Source: a virus (lineage: Duplodnaviria; Caudoviricetes). Taken from it: a stretch of 64,000 nucleotides of DNA. The notes under the pieces are model-generated. The model was not told where the DNA came from. It was given only the letters and a program-made list of their open reading frames with translations, and did no database searches. Position 1 is the stretch's first letter. Each line of letters starts with the position of its first letter. The position numbers and the translations under genes were made by a program. Shown here piece after piece: positions 22,181 to 29,244 of this stretch. The stretch lies in the IMG/VR virus record IMGVR_UViG_3300042554_001750; one strand, written 5' to 3'.

Positions 22181-22483
22181 ATAAGTAATCCAAATGAAAA
22201 AATCAAAAATTCTAAACGTCGGCACAAAGATGAAACAGCAATAAACAAACAAGTAAAGATTGCTAAATCGCATGGATTTAATAGCAAAGATAAAGTTGTA
22301 AAAGAACCACATAGGTTAGCTAAACATCATGCAATGGATTGTGGAAATCCAGATTGCTATATATGCGGAAATCCTAGAAAAACGCATAAAGATAAATTAA
22401 CTAAACAAGAGCAGAGTTTTTACCAAGATTTAGATTCTGTTAGAGATAAACATAGTAACGGATCCCCTCCAGTTGATGATTAA
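22181..22483 (+). CDS. Hypothetical protein (100 aa) with probable ATA start, not in ORF track
   Basis: GAGG SD 5 nt before ATA; open frame containing HRLAKHHAMDCGNPDCYICGNPRK; stop overlaps the next ATG. Confidence 0.6.
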   Translation: MSNPNEKIKNSKRRHKDETAINKQVKIAKSHGFNSKDKVVKEPHRLAKHHAMDCGNPDCYICGNPRKTHKDKLTKQEQSFYQDLDSVRDKHSNGSPPVDD

Positions 22484-22934
22484 ATTAATTGATTTCGCAA
22501 CCATACTTCAAGTATGGCAAAAAAACCTTTGGCCCAATCGTGTATCAGCTATTGAATCTAATAGTGCCATGATTTATTTAGGTGGTATAGAAGGTAAAAA
22601 CATGTTAACAACTCCTACCTTCTTTGGTTACTTCCACGACAATAATTTAGCCGGTGTGAACAGCGGGCATTTATGTGCAGACAATTCATACAGATCACGG
22701 GGACTATATGTATTTCCCGAATATCGTGGTATGGGCATTGGCAGTAAGTTATTAACTGCTACTATACAACAAGCTGAAGTAGAAGAAGCAACATTAGTGT
22801 GGAGCTTGCCTAGACGAACTAGCTGGAACACCTATAGGCGCGCCGGCTTTACTCAAACTAGTGATTGGTTTAAAACTGAAACATCTGATGAAAATGCCTA
22901 CTGCGCATTTGATTTAATGGGCAAACAAATCTAA
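22476..22934 (+). CDS. GNAT-family acetyltransferase
   Basis: RSRGLYVFPEYRGMGIGSKLL motif A; YRRAGF. Confidence 0.88.
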   Translation: MIKLIDFATILQVWQKNLWPNRVSAIESNSAMIYLGGIEGKNMLTTPTFFGYFHDNNLAGVNSGHLCADNSYRSRGLYVFPEYRGMGIGSKLLTATIQQAEVEEATLVWSLPRRTSWNTYRRAGFTQTSDWFKTETSDENAYCAFDLMGKQI

Positions 22935-22998
22935 ATAGTAGCATATTAAGAGGTAGGGCAAGTTATAAGTACATTGTGCTCTACTACATGGTTTTGTT

Positions 22999-23337
22999 AT
23001 GAATGGTTGTTTTACTTGTTTAAATTGTGGCAAAATTAATTCAATTAAAGGTCATAGTTATACCAACAAATATTGCAATAACAGTTGTCAACAACAGCAC
23101 CGTTCTCGCTTATTAATAAAAGAATGGAAAGAACATCCAGAACAAAAATCCTGGAGACAAGTTCCCGAATGGATCAAAAAATATCTAATTCAGGCACGAG
23201 GACACAAATGTGAAGTGTGCGGTATTACTGAATGGTTAGGCGAACCCGCACCATTAGTAGTTTATTACAAAAATAACGTTAGCCATGCAGAAGAAAACTT
23301 ACAGTTAATTTGTCCCAACTGTAAGAGTCAAAAATAA
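22999..23337 (+). CDS. Zn-finger/HNH-like protein with degenerate catalytic His
   Basis: CLNC, YCNNSC, CEVC and NLQLICPNC, but LVVYYKNN stands where LE.HH.DG is expected. Confidence 0.65.
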   Translation: MNGCFTCLNCGKINSIKGHSYTNKYCNNSCQQQHRSRLLIKEWKEHPEQKSWRQVPEWIKKYLIQARGHKCEVCGITEWLGEPAPLVVYYKNNVSHAEENLQLICPNCKSQK

Positions 23338-23363
23338 TTTCATTACACACAAGGAGAAACACA

Positions 23364-23909
23364 ATGAAAACAATCGGTGATAAGGTAACAGAATTTGCAA
23401 TTACAGGTGTTAAGCCTGGTGCACTAACACCAGACAATGCTTTTGAAACTATTACGGAAAAGAGTTTTGAAGGCAAGTGGAAAGTAATCGTTTACTATCC
23501 TAAGGATTTTACTTTCGTATGTCCTACAGAAATCGTGGCATATGACAAGTTGGCAAAGGACTTTGCTGACCGTGATGCTATTCTATTGACAGGCAGTACC
23601 GACAATGAATTCTGTAAGTTGGCATGGCGTAATGCTCATGAGGATCTAAAGAAAACCAACAGTTGGATGTTTGCTGATGTTGCCCGTGGCGAGCTATCAT
23701 TAGCAGAACAACTAGGCATTTTCTATGCTCCTGCTGGTGCCGCACTTCGTGCTACATTCATTGTTGATCCTGACAATGTTATTCAGCATGTCACAGTAAA
23801 CAACTTAGATGTTGGTCGTAACCCAGACGAAACATTGCGTATTCTTGACGCATTGCAGACTGGCGAACTATGCCCATGCAGTCGCCCAATCGGTGGTGAG
23901 ACTCTATAA
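23364..23909 (+). CDS. ahpC: Alkyl hydroperoxide reductase C (2-Cys peroxiredoxin)
   Basis: YPKDFTFVCPTE, RATFIVDP, GELCPC. Confidence 0.95.
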   Translation: MKTIGDKVTEFAITGVKPGALTPDNAFETITEKSFEGKWKVIVYYPKDFTFVCPTEIVAYDKLAKDFADRDAILLTGSTDNEFCKLAWRNAHEDLKKTNSWMFADVARGELSLAEQLGIFYAPAGAALRATFIVDPDNVIQHVTVNNLDVGRNPDETLRILDALQTGELCPCSRPIGGETL

Positions 23910-24571
23910 TGTTAGAAACTGTTTCTGATTTATTTCAAGAAGCATACAAGCGGAACTGGATTACTGCCCGCGACGGCAACGCCAGTATCCGCTGGCATGA
24001 TAGAAATCATATGTACATCACGCCCAGTGGTATTAGAAAACAATATCTTCAACCAGAAATGTTTAAAAAGATTAAGTTTTCTACGGTTATGAGTGCAGTA
24101 CCTCCATTTCTTACTGATATTTGGGAAGAAATGGAATACACTGATATAAGTAAAAATCTAAAGCCTAGTGGTGAGTTACCAATGCATTTTGCATTGCAAG
24201 GTAAGATTGATACTGAAGTTAGGGTAGTATTGCATTTCCATCCAACATATACTGTAGCAGCCATGCATGCTGGTATACAACTGCCTGACTTGTTAAAAGA
24301 GTTTCCGGAACTAAGTAGGTATACCAGTGTTGCACCCAATGTTCCGTTGCTCCCACCTATTACACAGGATTTGGCTGATGCTTGTGTTAAAAATTTAGAA
24401 TTTGATAAAGCAACAGGTAAAGTTCCCTATAATATTGTGGGAATGGACAGGCATGGAGTGGTGGCAGTTGACACTAGCCCATGGCGTGCATTTGAGCACA
24501 TAGAAAGGCTAGAACATATTTGTAAAATAGTTTTATCAAGTAAAGGATATAAAAATGACAATAACACTTAA
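23909..24571 (+). CDS. Class II aldolase/adducin-family protein
   Basis: DGNAS, ITPSG, KPSGE..MH, VLHFHP, HGVVA metal ligands. Confidence 0.88.
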   Translation: MLETVSDLFQEAYKRNWITARDGNASIRWHDRNHMYITPSGIRKQYLQPEMFKKIKFSTVMSAVPPFLTDIWEEMEYTDISKNLKPSGELPMHFALQGKIDTEVRVVLHFHPTYTVAAMHAGIQLPDLLKEFPELSRYTSVAPNVPLLPPITQDLADACVKNLEFDKATGKVPYNIVGMDRHGVVAVDTSPWRAFEHIERLEHICKIVLSSKGYKNDNNT

Positions 24572-25091
24572 TGGTAATTGGATAGAGCAAGTCAAAGAAT
24601 CTATCCCTGATCATGCAAAAGATATTAGATTGAATTTAGATTCTGCAATCAATCGCAGTCCCCTAGATCCAGTAGATACTCATGCTGTAGCTTATGTGTC
24701 AGCATTGGCAGCAGGCAACGGTGGATTAGCATTTGAGATTGAACACAATAGCCCATTGTTTACCGCAGAAAAAGAGCGCGAAGCTGCAAAGACTGCGGCT
24801 GCATTAATGGGTATGAACAATGTGTATTATCCATTTGTTGAAATGACACAAGATCCTGAACTAAAAGGATTGCCACCTGGTTTAAGAATGCAAGCATACG
24901 CAACACACGGTGGTGTCACCAAGAAGCAATTTGAAATGTACGCATTGGCTGCTAGTATTGTGGGCAAATGCCACTTTTGTGTAAAGAATCATTATGATAC
25001 ACTAAAGAAAGAAGGCATGACTGTACAAGAATTACAACACGTGGGCAAGGTTGCAAGCATTGTTAACAGCATTGGCAAGATTGCAATTTAA
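24555..25091 (+). CDS. ahpD: Alkyl hydroperoxide reductase D
   Basis: PDHAKDIRLNL, MGMNNVYY, EMYALAASIVGKCHFCVKNH. Confidence 0.92.
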   Translation: MTITLNGNWIEQVKESIPDHAKDIRLNLDSAINRSPLDPVDTHAVAYVSALAAGNGGLAFEIEHNSPLFTAEKEREAAKTAAALMGMNNVYYPFVEMTQDPELKGLPPGLRMQAYATHGGVTKKQFEMYALAASIVGKCHFCVKNHYDTLKKEGMTVQELQHVGKVASIVNSIGKIAI

Positions 25092-25103
25092 TTACCCAAA
25101 AAG

Positions 25104-25132
25104 TTGACAACTATTCAAAATACAGTTACACT
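25104..25132 (+). promoter_or_regulatory. sigma70-type promoter at the entrance of the tRNA region
   Basis: TTGACA-17 nt-TACACT; followed by hairpin AAAACACGCA/TGCGTGTTTT and a TAAATA at 25183. Confidence 0.8.
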
Positions 25133-25196
25133 CATAAAAATTGAAAAAACACGCATTATTTGCGTGTTTTGTTAACCAGGAATAAATAAACTTACT

Positions 25197-25331
25197 ATGA
25201 ATAACTTTACTTGTAACATACTGAAACATCAGGCATCATGGTCTATAGCCATGATTACCTTTGCGCCAGTATATCCTACAAGTATCCGTGGCTCAGAGTA
25301 TAATCAAAGAGGGCTCCCGGGGACTAGGTAA
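25197..25331 (+). CDS. Putative attenuator leader peptide (44 aa)
   Basis: MNNFTCNILKHQASWSIAMITFAPVYPTSIRGSEYNQRGLPGTR; stop lies inside a hairpin that competes with the terminator. Confidence 0.6.
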   Translation: MNNFTCNILKHQASWSIAMITFAPVYPTSIRGSEYNQRGLPGTR

Positions 25332-25366
25332 AGTCTAAGTAGTAAAGATTTATCAAGCCCCTGGGA
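25315..25366 (+). promoter_or_regulatory. Putative antiterminator hairpin
   Basis: TCCCGGGG(A)CTAGGTAAAGTCT pairs with AGATTTATCAAG(C)CCCTGGGA, about 19 bp with two mismatches and one bulge. Confidence 0.6.
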
Positions 25367-25398
25367 AACTAAAAAGTCCCAGGGGTTCTTACTTTATT
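25356..25398 (+). terminator. Intrinsic terminator (attenuator)
   Basis: CCCCTGGGA/TCCCAGGGG stem with a 10-nt loop, followed by TTCTTACTTTATTT. Confidence 0.7.
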
Positions 25399-25407
25399 TG
25401 ACAGAAA

Positions 25408-25569
25408 ATGGAAAAACAGATACAGTACGAAAAATTGAAATTTACAGATTGGTCAAGGCATGTGACATTGACACCCGAACAACGAAATAAATTGATTCAG
25501 GAAAAGATTGAACGAGCCAAGATTCAATATCTGGCTACGCAGAAGTTACCTTTAAAAGTAACTCAGTAG
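25408..25569 (+). CDS. Small hypothetical protein (53 aa)
   Basis: MEKQIQYEKLKFTDWSRHVTLTPEQRNKLIQEKIERAKIQYLATQKLPLKVTQ. Confidence 0.5.
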   Translation: MEKQIQYEKLKFTDWSRHVTLTPEQRNKLIQEKIERAKIQYLATQKLPLKVTQ

Positions 25570-25571
25570 CA

Positions 25572-25700
25572 AAGTGTGTGTAGGAAACGTGGTCCTGAGG
25601 CGCACTTAAAACATGTCTTAAACGGGCGGACTGAAGGATGGAGCTTCTCTTGTGAAGCAAAAAATCTCAGGCTAGGGTATAGCTCTAGCATAGCGTAGAA
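25572..25700 (+). ncRNA. Candidate structured RNA of unknown class
   Basis: AAGTGTG/CGCACTT, TAGGA/TCCTG, GCTTC/GAAGC and GCTAGGG/CTCTAGC hairpins; non-coding and GC-richer than flanks. Confidence 0.4.
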
Positions 25701-25702
25701 AT

Positions 25703-25785
25703 ACGCTATTCTATAATACATTGAAGAACAAAGCCCTATACTTTTGATGTATAGAACAGGCATTCAGTGTATTATAGAATAGCGT
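25703..25785 (+). ncRNA. Long-stem structured RNA 1
   Basis: 23-bp stem ACGCTATTCTATAATACATTGAA/TTCAGTGTATTATAGAATAGCGT enclosing a CTATAC/GTATAG hairpin. Confidence 0.6.
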
Positions 25786-25791
25786 TTCAGT

Positions 25792-25866
25792 TGGAGGTTC
25801 GCCAAGTGGTAAGGCCCCGGATTTTGATTCCGGTATGCATAGGTTCGAATCCTATACCTCCTGCCA
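25792..25866 (+). tRNA. tRNA-Gln(TTG)
   Basis: CCGGA-TTTTGAT-TCCGG; TTCGAAT T-loop; CCA encoded; U1:U72 mismatch. Confidence 0.92.
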
Positions 25867-25872
25867 AACATT

Positions 25873-25947
25873 GCCTCATTAGCTCAGTGGTAGAGCAATC
25901 GCTTGATAAGCGATAGGTCCGTGGATCGTTCCCACGATGAGGCACCA
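25873..25947 (+). tRNA. tRNA-Ile(GAT)
   Basis: ATCGC-TTGATAA-GCGAT; CCA. Confidence 0.92.
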
Positions 25948-25952
25948 GTTTT

Positions 25953-26016
25953 AGGATACTAACAGCAAATTTTATACATTAGACTTTTAATCTAAACCGT
26001 AAAAATGTATCCTGTT
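25953..26016 (+). ncRNA. ACAGCAA-family RNA 1 (Lys-UUU anticodon-arm mimic)
   Basis: AGGATAC/GTATCCT stem, TA-ACAGCAA, TTAGA-CTTTTAA-TCTAA hairpin, no T-arm, GTT tail. Confidence 0.65.
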
Positions 26017-26025
26017 ATTTTCAAT

Positions 26026-26101
26026 GGTGCTCTTAGTGTAGTGGTCTGCACACCATGTTGTGACCTTGGTAGTATGAGTTCAATCCTCATAGAGTACCCC
26101 A
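26026..26101 (+). tRNA. tRNA-His(GTG)
   Basis: G-1 encoded, C73; CCATG-TTGTGAC-CTTGG; CCA. Confidence 0.9.
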
Positions 26102-26119
26102 ATTATTAAGGAGATTAAA

Positions 26120-26215
26120 ATGAATTGGGAACAAATGTGCGAGACACACAAAGAAAGTATTCAAGCATGGGATAATCTTTGTGAGGTCTATAGGGGGTGC
26201 CTTTACGCACTCTGA
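26120..26215 (+). CDS. Small hypothetical protein (31 aa)
   Basis: AAGGAG SD; MNWEQMCETHKESIQAWDNLCEVYRGCLYAL. Confidence 0.45.
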   Translation: MNWEQMCETHKESIQAWDNLCEVYRGCLYAL

Positions 26216-26223
26216 GATTATAA

Positions 26224-26300
26224 GCATCCGTAACTCAGTGGATAAGAGTACTGTGCTACGAACGCAGGAGTCGGAGGTTCGAATCCTTCCGGATGCGCCA
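26224..26300 (+). tRNA. tRNA-Arg(ACG)
   Basis: CTGTG-CTACGAA-CGCAG; CCA. Confidence 0.93.
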
Positions 26301-26306
26301 GTTATG

Positions 26307-26381
26307 GCTGATGTAGCGTAGTGGTAGCGCACTATCTTGGTAAGATAGGGGTCATGAGTTCAATCCTCATCATCAGCACCA
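26307..26381 (+). tRNA. tRNA-Thr(GGT)
   Basis: CTATC-TTGGTAA-GATAG; CCA. Confidence 0.93.
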
Positions 26382-26392
26382 ATAAATAAAAC

Positions 26393-27022
26393 ATGCAATC
26401 AGTTCCTAGAATTTCTTTAGCATGTGGACCTGCTGATGATGTTAGAACATTTAATTTGAAATTACCTTTCTTACAAAGAAGAATTGGTGTTCTAGTCAGC
26501 GGCGGATTAGATAGTGCGTTGTTGTATTATTGTTTACGATTAATAGAAAATGAAAACTATACAGTAACGCCTTATACTATCACTAGAAATGATGGTTCTA
26601 GTACACATGCACAACAGGTAATTGATTGTGTGAATAATATTCTTAATAAAAAAACACAGACTACTACAATAGTTACTATATCTGAACAGAATAGCGAATT
26701 ACAAGTTTCTGCAGGTATGAGAGTATTATTCAATACTAATCATAATATATTTTATATTGGATTAATAGAAACATTATCAGAACATGCAATTGGAGTTCCG
26801 AAACCATGGACTCCCGTAGATAGTTTAAGGGTTAATTTTCCCTTTAAGAATTTAAATAAATCACATATTGTTGATTTAATTTATAAATTTGATATTACTG
26901 AATTATTAAACATTACACATAGTTGTGTTTATCCAACAGGTAGATGCAATGTGTGTAATAGATGCAACGAAAGACAATGGGCATTCACTAAATTAGGTTT
27001 AGTGGATCCCGGCACCAGTTAG
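26393..27022 (+). CDS. QueC-like PP-loop ATPase
   Basis: VLVSGGLDS PP-loop; P..NLNKSHIV; THSC...CNVCNRC zinc site. Confidence 0.78.
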   Translation: MQSVPRISLACGPADDVRTFNLKLPFLQRRIGVLVSGGLDSALLYYCLRLIENENYTVTPYTITRNDGSSTHAQQVIDCVNNILNKKTQTTTIVTISEQNSELQVSAGMRVLFNTNHNIFYIGLIETLSEHAIGVPKPWTPVDSLRVNFPFKNLNKSHIVDLIYKFDITELLNITHSCVYPTGRCNVCNRCNERQWAFTKLGLVDPGTS

Positions 27023-27086
27023 GGATACTTACAGAAAATACTAACCAAACGATAGGTCGTTGGGTCAATCCCACTACTGGACACCA
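27021..27086 (+). pseudogene. Chimeric remnant: 5' end of an ACAGCAA-type RNA fused to a tRNA 3' half
   Basis: GGATAC-TT-ACAGAAA, then a T-arm-like hairpin and ACTGGAC-ACCA with no matching 5' acceptor strand. Confidence 0.5.
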
Positions 27087-27102
27087 ACAGAAAGGAAATA
27101 TC

Positions 27103-27351
<249 letters not shown>

Positions 27352-27353
27352 AT

Positions 27354-27382
27354 TTGACATAAATTATATTTTGTGTTACACT
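27354..27382 (+). promoter_or_regulatory. sigma70-type promoter
   Basis: TTGACA-17-TACACT immediately before tRNA-Arg(TCG). Confidence 0.75.
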
Positions 27383-27383
27383 A

Positions 27384-27459
27384 GGGACATTAACTCAGTG
27401 GACAGAGTGCTTGGCTTCGAACCAAGTGGTCAGGGGTTCGAATCCTCTATGTCCCTCCA
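27384..27459 (+). tRNA. tRNA-Arg(TCG)
   Basis: CTTGG-CTTCGAA-CCAAG; CCA. Confidence 0.93.
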
Positions 27460-27508
27460 GTAAGGCTCTAAATAAATGTAGACAGGCATAAAGAAAGCGA
27501 GGTTTATA

Positions 27509-28069
27509 ATGGCTGTTCTAGCACTAGATATAAGTGGAGTTCCCCGGCAATGGATCTCTTACGATGATGCAATTACTTACCAAGCTAAAAATGCTGTGGC
27601 ATGGTCTATGGGAGAAGTTGTTGCAAGATATCGCGGTGGAATCCAGAATGACGGCACATTGAGTTATCTGGAAACGCCTAGTATCATTGCCATTAAGGGT
27701 CATGGATTTGATCCGTATAAGCATGCACAAGTCGCATTAAGTAACAGAACATTGTTTGGTCGTGACCGACATGTATGTGCATATTGCGGTGGGCATTTTG
27801 CTAACTATCATTATCTAAGCCGTGATCACATTCTGCCTAAGAGCCGTGGTGGTGAAAACACTTGGATGAATGTTGTTACCGCATGTAAAGAATGTAATGG
27901 AAAGAAAGGTAATAAGACGCTTAAGGAAGCCCGTATGGAACTTCTATACGCACCTTATGTGCCTAATCACTTTGAAAACATGATTCTACAGAATCGCAAT
28001 ATTATTGCAGATCAGATGGAGTATCTATTGACAGGTGTTCCTAAGCATAGTAGAATTTTGAAAAATTAG
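27509..28069 (+). CDS. HNH endonuclease
   Basis: RDRHVCAYCG, RDHILPKSRGG.NTW.NVVTACKECNGKK. Confidence 0.92.
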   Translation: MAVLALDISGVPRQWISYDDAITYQAKNAVAWSMGEVVARYRGGIQNDGTLSYLETPSIIAIKGHGFDPYKHAQVALSNRTLFGRDRHVCAYCGGHFANYHYLSRDHILPKSRGGENTWMNVVTACKECNGKKGNKTLKEARMELLYAPYVPNHFENMILQNRNIIADQMEYLLTGVPKHSRILKN

Positions 28070-28081
28070 GATAACATGGGG

Positions 28082-28111
28082 TTGACAAAAAAATCAACTC
28101 TATGTTATACT
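28082..28111 (+). promoter_or_regulatory. sigma70-type promoter
   Basis: TTGACA-18-TATACT. Confidence 0.6.
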
Positions 28112-28127
28112 TAATAAATATTGAGAA

Positions 28128-28201
28128 GCCCTTGTAGTATATTGGTATTACAATTGCCTTGTAAGCATTAGAAGATGGTTCGATTCCATACTGGGGCACC
28201 A
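28128..28201 (+). tRNA. tRNA-Thr(TGT), several stem mismatches
   Basis: ATTGC-CTTGTAA-GCATT; CCA. Confidence 0.82.
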
Positions 28202-28207
28202 AACAAT

Positions 28208-28282
28208 TCCAGATTAGCTCAGAGGTAGAGCAGTTGACTGTTAATCAATTGGTCCCTGGTTCGATCCCAGGATCTGGAGCCA
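28208..28282 (+). tRNA. tRNA-Asn(GTT)
   Basis: GTTGA-CTGTTAA-TCAAT; CCA. Confidence 0.94.
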
Positions 28283-28296
28283 AATAATTTAATTGT

Positions 28297-28503
28297 ATGC
28301 TATTCAACGAACACGAAACATTTCAGTACCATTGCGATATAAACAAATATTGTATTAGTGGTATTGATTATTATGATGTACATTTTTACACAGTATATTT
28401 GGATGCTAAAAATCCAAATGAAAAGCATACAAAATTAAGAATGAATTTAACTCAATCTGAATTTAGTTCATTCTGTAAAATTTTTAAAAATTATCAGGAG
28501 TAG
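28297..28503 (+). CDS. Hypothetical protein
   Basis: 68-aa ORF directly before the SpeD-like gene. Confidence 0.6.
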   Translation: MLFNEHETFQYHCDINKYCISGIDYYDVHFYTVYLDAKNPNEKHTKLRMNLTQSEFSSFCKIFKNYQE

Positions 28504-28504
28504 T

Positions 28505-28867
28505 ATGTCACATTGGGGTTATCATTTAATGCTTGATTGCAGTGGATGCAATACAGGTATCGCTAGTAAAGACACAATCTATAATTTTGTCAAAGATTTA
28601 GTTAAGCGTATAGATATGGTTTCACACGGTGAACCTATTATTGAATATTTGTTACCCGGAGATCCTAAACAAGGATATAGTCTATTACAATTGATTACTA
28701 CTTCCAACATTAGTGCTCATTTTATGGAATTGGATGGCACTGCATATTTTGATATTTTTAGTTGTAAACCTTTTGACATTGAAACTGCAAAAAATATAGT
28801 TTCAGAATATTTTAGTCCAAAAAAAATGAGAGTAAACTTTATTACTCGCCACGCCGATATAGATTGA
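28505..28867 (+). CDS. speD: S-adenosylmethionine decarboxylase-like proenzyme (pyruvoyl)
   Basis: WGYHLMLDCSGC, GYS..QLITTSNISAHF, YFDIFSCKPFD. Confidence 0.85.
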   Translation: MSHWGYHLMLDCSGCNTGIASKDTIYNFVKDLVKRIDMVSHGEPIIEYLLPGDPKQGYSLLQLITTSNISAHFMELDGTAYFDIFSCKPFDIETAKNIVSEYFSPKKMRVNFITRHADID

Positions 28868-28901
28868 CTAATAATCACTAGTGTAGTAAAGTACACACTT
28901 A

Positions 28902-28979
28902 CTGGCGTTAGCTCAGTTGGATAGTAGCAACAGCCTTCTAAGCTGTAGGTCAGGGGTTCGAATCCCTTACGCCAGGCCA
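28902..28979 (+). tRNA. tRNA-Arg(TCT)
   Basis: ACAGC-CTTCTAA-GCTGT; CCA. Confidence 0.93.
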
Positions 28980-28985
28980 AATAAT

Positions 28986-29059
28986 ATCTCCTTAGTGTAA
29001 CGGCAGCATACGGGTCTCCAAAACCCTTGGTGGGAGTTCGAATCTCTCAGGGGATGCCA
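28986..29059 (+). tRNA. tRNA-Trp(CCA)
   Basis: CGGGT-CTCCAAA-ACCCT; CCA. Confidence 0.9.
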
Positions 29060-29090
29060 AGAAAAGGTAAACAAAATTTTTAAAAAATGT

Positions 29091-29151
29091 TTGACAATAA
29101 ATCAGAACTGTTATATACTAGCATCTGTTGATTGATTAATGTTCTTTAAAA
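29091..29151 (+). promoter_or_regulatory. sigma70 promoter with boxA-like site
   Basis: TTGACA-17-TATACT (29091-29119); TGTTCTTTAAAA (29140-29151). Confidence 0.75.
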
Positions 29152-29167
29152 GTTAAGTAAGTTTTTT

Positions 29168-29193
29168 GCCCGGGTGGTGAAATAGGTAGACAC
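29168..29193 (+). pseudogene. 5' fragment of a tRNA-Leu gene
   Basis: GCCCGGG-TG-GTGAAATAGGTAGACAC (acceptor 5' strand and D-arm) stops abruptly before the HNH gene. Confidence 0.7.
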
Positions 29194-29244
29194 TATAATA
29201 ATTACTTTCTTTGTGTTTAGTATAAATACATTAAGGAGATTATT

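Noticed and set aside
25580-25675. Glycine riboswitch (CTGAAGGA...AATCTCAGG resemblance)
   Set aside because: P1 and P2 helices could not be drawn convincingly and no glycine-related gene follows; kept as unclassified ncRNA pending Infernal
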